A stretch of DNA of 64,000 nucleotides from Opitutales bacterium. Lineage in GTDB: Bacteria; Verrucomicrobiota; Verrucomicrobiia; Opitutales; PNEW01. The DNA is taken from positions 1,056,001 through 1,120,000 of the forward strand of contig CBDANS010000007.1 of NCBI GenBank assembly GCA_965197745.1. The letters are read 5' to 3'. The notes under the pieces were generated by a model. The model was not told the DNA's origin, ran no database searches, and saw only the letters and a program-made list of their open reading frames with translations. This document shows, one piece after another, positions 1-9,040 of the stretch (positions are counted from its first letter, which is position 1; every line of letters begins with the position of its first letter). The position numbers and the translations under genes were made by a program.

Positions 1-1
1 T

Positions 2-1081
2 TTATCGGGGGATAAAATTATTACAACCAGAGATACACGATTGTTAAATTTGAAAAATATAAGTATGAATGTGGGTGCTTCAGGAAGAATCTCTTTTAAA
101 GTAATTATACCAACGAATACAATTCCGGGTATTTATTACCTAAGTTATATTCTCGACTCTGATATGAAGATTAAAGAAACCGATGAGACTAACAACACAG
201 GTTATGCTGAAATTACGGTATCGGAACCTATTTCAGACGATGATGGAGACTTAGTGCTTGGTGGCTTTGGTGATATAGCTGGAAAGGATATTCAGCACCC
301 TAATGGAAACGTCTTTGACCAAATTTTGCTCACTGGACCATTCATAAAGCTCAAGGCGAAGCCAGGTCAGATCACGAGGGCATCGTTTATGGATGAAAAC
401 GAAGACATTGTCCAGGTAGAGTTCTCAGGCAGCGGTACCTTTACCGTGACATTAGACCCGACCACTTTTTTACCTCCCGCTTTACCCCCACGCTATAACC
501 AGCAGGTGGAGTACGTCACCGGCAAGCCCAGCGTGGTGATCGAAGGAGCAGACTCCTCGACCTTCTTCAGTATCTTCACGGTGGGATCGATCAACGCGGT
601 GAACCAGACGTTGTTCCCCGAGGGACAGGTCTATGATGCGCAAGCGGATGTGACTCTGGTGGAGGTAATTAACTCCACGGGTACCGGAGGGATGCAGTTG
701 TCGAACACGGTGTTCAGTGGAAGCACGGGCAACGTCGGGGTGATTGCAAGAGTGGTGCCGATTGCAGTACGCTTAACAGTTGGTGATATCGATGCTGATG
801 GCGATGCAGTGCCGCACCTCTTGTTCGGAGAAGGTTCGTTCACGGTGCCATCTGGCAATCCCGGGTTGCGCATCACCGGTGGAGACTTGAAGCAAACAAA
901 CAGTGCTTCAATCGTGATCGCGGAGAGCAGATCGACAACTCCCGGGTTTGAGATCCTGATCTCTCAGAATAACTTCAAGTCCGATGGAATCCCTCAGCCC
1001 GCTCAAAGTATAGATGCTACCTTTGTAAACGAGGACGGAACTGTGATCCCCGTAACTGTGGATAATTTAACAATCGAATAA
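2..1081 (+). CDS. 5'-truncated secreted/surface protein: CARDB-like Ig region plus a ~280-aa C-terminal domain shared with 56309..58285
   Basis: Frame is open from base 2. The 'PGIYYLSYILDSDMKIKETDETNN' motif is CARDB-like. The C-terminus (GDIAGKDIQHPNGNVFDQILLTG…LTIE) is clearly homologous to the C-terminus of ORF 56309..58285. Confidence 0.75.
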   Translation, partial: LSGDKIITTRDTRLLNLKNISMNVGASGRISFKVIIPTNTIPGIYYLSYILDSDMKIKETDETNNTGYAEITVSEPISDDDGDLVLGGFGDIAGKDIQHPNGNVFDQILLTGPFIKLKAKPGQITRASFMDENEDIVQVEFSGSGTFTVTLDPTTFLPPALPPRYNQQVEYVTGKPSVVIEGADSSTFFSIFTVGSINAVNQTLFPEGQVYDAQADVTLVEVINSTGTGGMQLSNTVFSGSTGNVGVIARVVPIAVRLTVGDIDADGDAVPHLLFGEGSFTVPSGNPGLRITGGDLKQTNSASIVIAESRSTTPGFEILISQNNFKSDGIPQPAQSIDATFVNEDGTVIPVTVDNLTIE

Positions 1082-1332
1082 GATCGGTATTAATTAACGT
1101 AATTCATGGCTTTGTAAGGTCTTACCAGGTATTCGAAAATTCCTTCTGATTTCTTTGCTTTACTATTTTTAATCATCCCATTCCTTGATAGATTATATTC
1201 GAGTATGGAAAGTCTTAGAATGGCTTGGGATCGCCTTGAATTAAAAACCGGTAGGACCCCTTTATCGCCCTAGCCTGTACTTTGCGTTACCCCGGCCGTT
1301 GCAGGTGTCTAGCTATTGATATTTATTCCCTC

Positions 1333-1572
1333 CTATAAATAGCTACTCTCACTTGCCATACGGGAGAGCCCAACATCGTCGCATAGTTCAAGCTGCGATT
1401 TGTCCCGGAAGGTAAAAGTATCTTCTTGATAGGTGATATTTTCGCGACAACTCTGCGCCTCCCTCCGGTTGTGTTTGTCGATGACGTCTTGTCTGGTGCC
1501 ACGGTGTTGCCAGAGCAAGGACAAGCCAATCAAAGTAAAGACCAGAAGAAAGCAAATAAGAACGATAACCAT
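1333..1572 (-). CDS. small hypothetical protein with N-terminal hydrophobic anchor
   Basis: ATG start and hydrophobic N-terminal 22 aa; no recognisable family. Confidence 0.35.
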   Translation of the reverse strand: MVIVLICFLLVFTLIGLSLLWQHRGTRQDVIDKHNRREAQSCRENITYQEDTFTFRDKSQLELCDDVGLSRMASESSYL

Positions 1573-2103
1573 GAGAGTAACTTTATACGTGGTTCTCTGG
1601 TTGTGACTAGTTCAAAAATCTCATATCTTAACATTAGAAGCAAGACGCACGTCGTTTGGATAGGTCCTGGACAAATGCATTTTACAGTTTCTTATGACAG
1701 ATTTCTATTTCGAGACAGGGACAGGGAAATCTCGAGCTTCCTGAATCTAAGAGCGGGACAGAGGGGGGCGGTTTTTTTTGCGTTAGGTTGACGCCGTCAT
1801 GATGCCTTCAATATATAAATTTATAACTTTTCTTTTGTTTGTTGTTTTGCGCGCGCAAGTTGTAAAAACAGGACTTCAATCTTATCTGTAGACACACTTA
1901 AAAAAGAGAGGGAGGATCGACACGATTCTCTCTTATCAAGCTGTCCATTAATTAATGGATATTTTAGGTTGTCCGCAATGAAGACCAACCTGTGGACACA
2001 CTAAAAAAGTGATCTATCGTTTCTGGGTTGCTTGAGCAGACCGTTATTGGCGGTAGTGTGCGCGGACCAAAAGGGGATACCCTAAAAGGAGATCTTAGAA
2101 GGA

Positions 2104-2131
2104 GACCCGCACAATCGTTATTATGTCCAGT
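2104..2131 (+). other. dif-like XerC/XerD site
   Basis: GACCCGCACAA-TCGTTA-TTATGTCCAGT has the 11-6-11 layout and resembles the E. coli dif GGTGCGCATAA-TGTATA-TTATGTTAAAT. Confidence 0.55.
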
Positions 2132-2424
2132 TGATTTGTAAATAATTGATATTCAACATATTAAATTTATACATAAAATTCCTAACGGTCTTAGAACGAC
2201 GCTAATTAAGGGGTAAGCCCCAGTTTAAAACCCTAATTAAGCCGGGGTTGACATACTATTGTTACACGCACTGCGCCCCATAATTCAGAGTATCCCTATC
2301 AAGAAAACGTTCGCCGTCTGACATCGCCGGTGTCCGCTAATTTGGGAATAAACCAATCTGGGAGCAAATCAGGTTACAGAGGGGCGGGGGGGTGCGATCG
2401 GAAGACCGACCCTTAGTCCATATA

Positions 2425-3235
2425 TCGATTTACTCACCGGAAAATATTTTTACAAAGGGCAAAGTTTGGGAGCAAAATAATTTAAAAAGACCCTGCTTAA
2501 ATTGGCTTTTAAATGTACGATTCCCCTCCGTTATGAAACCCCCTTTCTCGAGGCTCTCAGACCCCTTCACGGGCAAATCAAATCAAGCTTCCAGGCTTCA
2601 AAAAATCCCCTCGGACACAAACCCATTCAAGCGAGCGTACGAAAGCACGCATTATCTTTTAGAATATTTCCCCGCAGTAAAATCTGTTCCTTAAAGATAT
2701 TGTCTGTGTCTGCTTGGGACAGCTCATTTCAAATATTAAAATGTCCATTGATAAAAAACATGTAGGTAACCAAATTAAATCTTGGTTGCTTTCGAGGTTT
2801 TATTATTACGGTTTTAATCAGCAGATCGACCGGGGGTCCCCCAATTAATTTACTCACCGTAAAATATATTTACAAAGAGGGATGTAAGGGACCCAAAAAA
2901 TAAAGCCACAAGCATTAAATTGGCTCTAAAAGGTACGATCACCCTTCGTCATGATATACATTATGCCTTAAGATACAACCGCCCTTTCTCGAGGTATTCA
3001 GCCCTCTTGAAGAGCAAATCAAATTAAGCTTAGAAGCTTTAAATATTCCCCCAGCCTTGAAAACATTCAATCGAGCGTACGAAAGCACACATTTTTATAA
3101 CTTAAACTATATTCCCCAGACAATGTCACCGTACTAAAATAGTATAGAAGAGAATTTGCCTACATTGCTCGTTTATTTATAAATGCATTAACAAAAAAAC
3201 ATAACGGGTAACCAAATTAAACTTTGGTTACCCCA
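2425..3235 (+). repeat. diverged tandem duplication of a ~400-bp non-coding unit (~2425-2790 and ~2845-3235)
   Basis: Shared blocks in the same order: ATTTACTCACCG.AAAATAT.TTTACAAAG, TTAAATTGGCT, CCCTTTCTCGAGG, GCAAATCAAAT.AAGCTT, CGAGCGTACGAAAGCAC, GGTAACCAAATTAAA.TTGGTT. Confidence 0.75.
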
Positions 3236-3390
3236 ATGTTCTTTAATATCTATGTTCTTATCAACCTTGTTCTTCGTACAAGTCTGCACCCTGTGCTGGT
3301 TTTATCACAATAAAGATGTCCAGGGTGCATGTATAAGATCGATAAGGTGTCCAGTATGCATATTTATTAAACCTGTGCATAAAACTATTT

Positions 3391-3546
3391 CTGATCGATC
3401 AGGATTTGCATTTTGGCATCATTTTCGTGATTTTTCGTAATCCTGATCGATCAGAACTTGTGTTTTTGTGTCATTTTCGCGATTTTTCGTAATCCTGATC
3501 GATCAGAACTTGTGTTTTAGCATTATTTTTGTGATTTAGCCTTTTT
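3391..3546 (+). repeat. 3 x 52-bp tandem repeat, each starting with the palindrome CTGATCGATCAG
   Basis: The palindrome starts at 3391, 3443 and 3495 (exact 52-bp period); the rest of each unit is also similar. Confidence 0.9.
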
Positions 3547-3944
3547 CGTTTTAGCAAGACTTACGTTTCAGGGCCATTTTGTGATTTTTCATGATTCGCT
3601 TTTGCGAGATTTGCATTTTTCCCCACGCCCGCACCTCGTAAAGAGGTTAATGATGCGGCGATAGCTACAGAGCCGACGCTACTCCAGGCAAACTTACTAG
3701 CATGTTTTTATTGATGACCTAAGTAATGGTTTTACTTAAGTAGAAGATGAACCCCGACCTGAATGACCCGGGGAATCCAAAAGAGTGGAAATAGTATTTT
3801 TTTTGCATGGATCATCTTTTTAAAACGACCGGTAAATATATTTACAACTCAGACCCTTATCCCTCAGACAATATTTTCGTACTTAAATACCATACAAAAG
3901 AATTTGTCCGCAATGCCCGTTAATAAAAAAGCTGATGCTTGAGG

Positions 3945-3975
3945 GAAGGGGGTGTTACCAAGCACCCCCTTTTTA
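3945..3975. terminator. probable bidirectional intrinsic terminator
   Basis: AAGGGGGTG-ttaccaag-CACCCCCTTTTT hairpin next to the stop codon of the 3973 gene. Confidence 0.55.
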
Positions 3976-4557
3976 TCTTGTTTTTGGAAAGTATTCCTTT
4001 CCAGCCAACCATAAATAAGTATCAATCTCTCTAAGCGAAAAACCGGTTAGCTTATAAAACATCTGAAATTTCTTAATAACATCTGAAAATATCTTGTAAG
4101 TCTTTAATTCATATCTTTTAAACTCAGCAAATTGATACATATTTCTAAAGTGCCATAGCATTTCACTTACGTGATGATCATAAATCGAATAAACATTTGG
4201 TTTATGATAACTGTAGTATTTTGTCGCGAAAGAATAATTATTCCGGGATTTACCACCTATCTCGACTGAAGCAATTTCGTTTATTAAATCTCCTTTCCCG
4301 CTGTTCAAGTCTTCATCTATATCTGAAACATAGATATGGTTCGATACTGAATAAATATCAAATATATTGGTTCCGGAGAGTCGGTTTAATGCTGTAGTCT
4401 TCAATAGAACAAATCTTAAATCGTTGTTTTCTGGACATAGTTTAGTAAATAAGACTTTCAATGCATCTTCTTGATCATTGTATTGTTTCATATATCTCCA
4501 TTTCTTGAGATAAGATTTAACAATTCTTTTACTTGGTTTCTCAACTGATCTTTTCAT
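3973..4557 (-). CDS. conserved hypothetical protein (NYSFATKY…IYD…REIDxYLW family)
   Basis: AT-rich, protein-like ORF; the likely start is MKRS at 4557. Confidence 0.7.
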   Translation of the reverse strand: MKRSVEKPSKRIVKSYLKKWRYMKQYNDQEDALKVLFTKLCPENNDLRFVLLKTTALNRLSGTNIFDIYSVSNHIYVSDIDEDLNSGKGDLINEIASVEIGGKSRNNYSFATKYYSYHKPNVYSIYDHHVSEMLWHFRNMYQFAEFKRYELKTYKIFSDVIKKFQMFYKLTGFSLREIDTYLWLAGKEYFPKTR

Positions 4558-4575
4558 TGTTCTCCTGGTCGTGAC

Positions 4576-6162
4576 CATCCAAACCTAAATGACTATGGTC
4601 GGGTGATCGGGTTACGTAAACTGGTCCACCGAGAGAGTTAGTCTGGAGAGGTTAATGTTGAAGTTAAGTTGGTAGAGGAAGTCAAGGCTTGGGCGCAATG
4701 AGGGCGTAGCCCGAATGGAGCACGAGCCTTGTTTATAGGCGTCCAAAGCGAAGCGTCTCGGTGTAATGTTGCCGAGACTGCGGTGTGGGCGAACGTTGTT
4801 ATAAAGCCAGCGCCAGTCTTCGATAACGACACGCGCTTCGGTCAATGTCCATAATTGCTCGCGATTTAAGCACTCCTCGCGAAACCGGGCGTGGAAGGAT
4901 TCAATGTATCCGTTGTTATTCTCGCTATCGCTCGTTGAGGTGTCGCTTCGCTCGGTAGCCAGGGACTTCCCGGTTCGATGTAGATGGTTCTGATATTCAT
5001 GGCAGCAAGCCAGGTCCGCAACTGCGTTTCTATTAAATGGCTTCGCATGTCGTCGCTTCGCTCCTCGGAACCGAACCGTTGTCGCTGCGGATATATGGTG
5101 GAGGTCCCTATTGCTTGATCAGCTTCTGCATGACAGCCCGTGCGCTCTGTGCATTGATAAGACGATCGACAGGGATGAACAGGCACTCGCGCGTATAGGT
5201 CTTCGCTTCACTTGAGTGTCGTCGCTTTCAGCTCCTCGGTACATCGAGTATCGTCAGCATCTTGAGACGGCCACCGCGGATCGTCTTATCGTGGATAAAA
5301 TCCCAGCTGAAAACGTGGTCAGGATATTCGGCGGCAGTCAGCAAGCCGGTGGAGACACCCCGTCGCCGGCGTTTCGGCCTTGCGCGGGGCAATGGCCAAA
5401 CCTAACTCGCGACGCAAGCGTTGCACCAAGCGTTTACCTACCTCCCATCTTTCGTCCTTCAACAACTTCGTGATCCTGGTATAGCCCCCAGCTGGCATAT
5501 TGCCGGGATAACCGCCGTATCGCCGCTTTCAGCTTCATTAACCACACGCATCAGATTGCCTCGTCTCATAGACATACGTGGGACGGTGGAGGAGAAAATA
5601 TCGGCACGCTCCACGCATCGAACATCGGCCCCGAGCTGCATATCTTTCCGCCACCTGAGGTTTGTGCCCAGGGCTTACTACCGAGCGTATGCGACATCTC
5701 CCATTTTTTTTCGAGGGTCTCCTGCAGGATCTCTATCCCTAGCAGCTTGTCCGCCAGCATCCGCTTTAACCGCGTGTTTTCCTTCTCCAGTTCCTTCATC
5801 CGCTTGGCCTGATTCACATCAATCATCACAAACTCCCGTTTCCAACGGTGGAAGGTCTGTTCGCTGAGGTTATTCTCACGGCACACTTCCTGGGTCGACT
5901 TGCCTCTGTCTGCTTGCCGCAATATCCGTATCTTCTCTTCGGTTGTATATCTTTTGCCTTTCATTGTCTGAGTCCTTTCCAGGTTACCCAGAATAACTTT
6001 TCAAGGGGCTCAGTTTCCGTGGTCTCGACCAACTACTACCTTCTTGAAATAGAAGCAAAGCCTCGTGGATATGAGAATACTGTAGTCCATGCTTATTCGA
6101 TTCCAAAACAACAGCTTTATGAAGTTTATCAATCGCTAACAAAGCATTTTCAGCCAAAATAG
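4576..6162 (+). pseudogene. IS3-interrupted, 5'-deleted homolog of 28750..29106
   Basis: Removing the IS and one ACTA gives HPNLNDYYLLEIEAKP…QLYEVYQSLTKHFQP, which matches HPDLDGSYALVIEA…ELYQVLQSITKHLKP. Confidence 0.65.
4596..6031 (-). mobile_element. IS3-family element, degenerate copy 1
   Basis: OrfA MKGKRYTTEEKIRIL, an A-run frameshift site, OrfB motifs (YIEPGSPW, EARVVIEDWR.YN..RPH.SLG), IRs TGATCGGGTTACGTAAACTGG / TGGTCGAGACCACGGAAACTG, and ACTA on both flanks (4-bp TSD). Confidence 0.9.
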
Positions 6163-6336
6163 TTATATCACATTCTTCTTTAGTTAATGAGGGTTTATCA
6201 CAAGTTTATATTAGTGTTTCCATAGTTGTATCTTTATATAAGTCAGTGTTTATTATTATTTTTTAGTTAAGATCTAATTCTAGGAAATTCCGTTAATAAA
6301 TTCATAAACACATCATTAAGTGTCTCATGTGTCTTT

Positions 6337-6918
6337 TTAATTATGACTTATGTTTTCGATGTCATCTTCCACTTTCTCATCGAACTTAATTAAAGACTTT
6401 TTCCAGTCAAATAACGCTTCCCATTGGCCAGTCGAGGGATTTTCTCTTTTCCAGTTATTTTTCTCTTGTAGTTCCCAAAATGAGTCAGCAGCTCTTTCGT
6501 CAATACCCATAGCATCGCAAATATCGATGAACTCATCGTAATTTTTCGGAAGAGGACGGGGTGAAGGAAGGGCTCTTTGCCTCTCCTGCGCTGCGGGGGT
6601 CAATAAGGTGTAAGTATTATATACTCTCCTGCCTCGACCTGATTCTATTTTCAGCAACGTTATAGCGCTTAATATTTTAAGCACAGCGGAGGTTTTACTT
6701 TTCGATAAACCCGCGCGGTAAGCGATCAATCCGATCGAAGCAGAGAAGGGACGAAATTGATCTCCATGATCATTAGCAATCCAGTTCAGGGCACTGTAAA
6801 CAGAAATTGTAAATGAAGCGTTGGTCCCCAGTACTTCCTGTAAAATAATTATATGCGCATCCTTATAATTTCGGTAATAGGAGAGCTCTTTACTTTGACC
6901 TGCTGGATTTTCAGGCAT
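6337..6918 (-). CDS. HTH-containing putative replication initiator of the integrative element
   Basis: wHTH-like segment (ASIGLIAYRAGLSKSKTSAVLKIL…NTYTL) and a C-terminal FW…NNWK…DWKK motif like phage replisome organisers; overlaps the upstream HTH gene. Confidence 0.55.
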   Translation of the reverse strand: MPENPAGQSKELSYYRNYKDAHIIILQEVLGTNASFTISVYSALNWIANDHGDQFRPFSASIGLIAYRAGLSKSKTSAVLKILSAITLLKIESGRGRRVYNTYTLLTPAAQERQRALPSPRPLPKNYDEFIDICDAMGIDERAADSFWELQEKNNWKRENPSTGQWEALFDWKKSLIKFDEKVEDDIENISHN

Positions 6919-7156
6919 GTCTCTTCCTGTGCTTGCGGGCTGCTGTCTGCTGATTCTCCAACTTTTCCAAAGTCGTTAAGAGCGTCTCCCGGCGGTATAA
7001 CTTTCTGCCTCCTATGCGAATCGGTTTAAGCAGTCCGCGCCTGTCGTAATTTCGTACTGTGCGAATGGAGACCCCGAGTATTACTGCGGTCTCTGACTCC
7101 CTCAGCAACAGGGGCGGGTCGATACGAACTGAATTGAGTGTAGATGGGGTATCCAT
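6911..7156 (-). CDS. AlpA/excisionase-like HTH DNA-binding protein
   Basis: LLRESETAVILGVSIRTVRNYDRRGLLKPIRIGGRKLYRRE is a typical MerR/HTH_17 Xis-like motif. Confidence 0.85.
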   Translation of the reverse strand: MDTPSTLNSVRIDPPLLLRESETAVILGVSIRTVRNYDRRGLLKPIRIGGRKLYRRETLLTTLEKLENQQTAARKHRKRHA

Positions 7157-7246
7157 GGTGCCTTGTAATTTAAGGCACACACTATACCATCACATTTCTC
7201 GATTTTTCCTGTAATCGCATACAGTAACTTTAGAAGATACTGTATG

Positions 7247-8246
7247 TTAATGGAGAACAGGTGAATTCCCTCTTTCAAGAGCGATTTTAATTATTTCTGT
7301 GACTGAAAAAACGTTTGGATAAACACGTTGTATCAACCCATTTTGATCGGGACAATCTTCGTTGCTATTATCTATCGCATCGGCTTGTCCCTCAATACGG
7401 GAATAGTATCGCCTTTTTCGAAGAACCGGGTTAAGGTTTTTACCAAATCCCCGCTCAACAATCGCTTTCTCAATTGCATCAGCCCGTGGTAGAGATTCAG
7501 ATGTGCGAAAGTGCTCAACAGCCAGAAAGGATTTCCACTGCGCCTCTGTCCCAAACAACTGGACTTTTGTGGCGGGGAATCCTCTTCCAGTTTTTCGGTA
7601 ATAAGCTTGATGATTTTATCACGGGAACTTTTGTCTCTCATAGAGACACGAGGGACGGCAAATAAACGATAAGTATTAACTGTCCAGTGCCAATACAGTG
7701 CCGTATCCGAAAAACAGCTCTCAAGAGCTGCTTGCGAATGGTCTTCGTGGGGCAGCGCAGGGGCTATTTCTATATCAGGAGGTATTGCATCTTCGTTGGG
7801 ATATAATCCTGAAGGGACGATCTCGCAAATATCCGCCGTATAGTCCGCCCAATAATCTCTGTACGCCTTCTGAAATCCTCGCGGGGTATTGAGCCAGGTT
7901 GAATCAAGCTTTAAAGGGGCACGCCCTTTTTTCTTATCCTCTTTGTATTCTTCTAAAAACTCAACCTGGTCCTCTTCTATCCTCGGACCTACTACCTGAC
8001 GATGTCCTTCTTTGGGCCCAAGCCCACGTGGGATTATTACTGGTTCATGCATCCAGTTCCAGGCCGCTCCCGCAAAATAATTACGGTCATCTTGAACGAA
8101 CCTGAATTTTTCCCATCTTCCCTCTTTGCCCTGAAGACTATGCTAAGCTCCTTTGTTTTTTCTTGAAACGCTTTATTGCGTCGAAGTAATTCCCATATCT
8201 TCGCCGGTATGCCGTCCTCACAGGGATTGTAGATTGATAAGCTCAT
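7247..8246 (-). pseudogene. DUF6499-like (WELLRRN) regulator, split by two frameshifts
   Basis: ORF pieces 8037..8246, 7372..8052 and 7247..7558. The first two align to 30071..30841 (+2 nt near 8143). A second shift near 7568 leads into the third piece. Confidence 0.7.
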
Positions 8247-8751
8247 GCACGCTAACGGTCTAATGGTTTAAATGTGACCACCCTTGGAATTCCATCCTTC
8301 ACTCCTTGAAATGGACACAGCCCAGCGCTTCAATTGCTGGAGATGATCCCTGTTTATTTGCAATAACGTTAGCCCTCACAACTTCGCGAACGCAAGGTGC
8401 AATTTGAGATTTACCCGGTATCGTTCTCCCCGCCATGTTTGAAATTCGACTGGAAGCACGCTGGCTAATGTATCTCCCGCGACTCTCCCACTTCCTGCAC
8501 CGACAGATCCTCTGGGGTGTTTCTATCCCTGTCCCTTAGCTGTCATGAGCGCTGTCCCGTGCGTGAGTTTCCCTGCCCCCGAACTGCGATGAAAAATTTC
8601 CTTGCCCACGAGGTTCCGTCCTTCCGCTCTAACTTATGCACTGGCGCAACCTTATGGCTGATTTCCCGCTCGCCCGTATCCAACACTACGACGCACGTAA
8701 CAGGCTGCTTGCCATCGCGGGAATGTTTTGCTCTCTCCTTCACGATGAAAA

Positions 8752-8779
8752 ATTATGACACAAAATCGGCGCGGTGCAA
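8752..8779 (-). promoter_or_regulatory. putative sigma70 promoter (TTGCAC-16-CATAAT, extended -10 TG); conserved at 31263..31290
   Basis: Present in both module copies and pointing toward the regulator gene. Confidence 0.5.
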
Positions 8780-9040
8780 ACGCAATATTTTTCAAACTGA
8801 CCCACTAACGGTAACCGTTAATCTGGCCAACCCCCTCGCTGGTGAGGCTGAAGATGTCACCCAAAGTAATCATGGAAAACTTTAAAACCCCTCTCAAATC
8901 TATAAGCGAAAATAGGATCGATAAGTTGGACTGCTGTTCGGCAATCAGGGCACAGATAGCGGTTGAAGGTTTGGAATCGAGTTGTTTTACAGCTAAATTC
9001 GCTGCTTAAGGGTATCATGAACCCGGATGGCAATACCCCA

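Noticed and set aside
2392..2765. ORFs within the 400-bp duplicated unit
   Set aside because: Frames are not conserved in the second unit.
3391..3546. Possible CRISPR array
   Set aside because: The intervening sequences resemble each other rather than being unique spacers; only three units; no cas genes in the window.
8037..8246. FseA-like programmed +1 frameshift in the WELLRRN gene
   Set aside because: The break is a 2-nt insertion relative to copy 2, which is continuous there. No TGGGGG slippery site is visible and a second frameshift exists, so decay is more likely.
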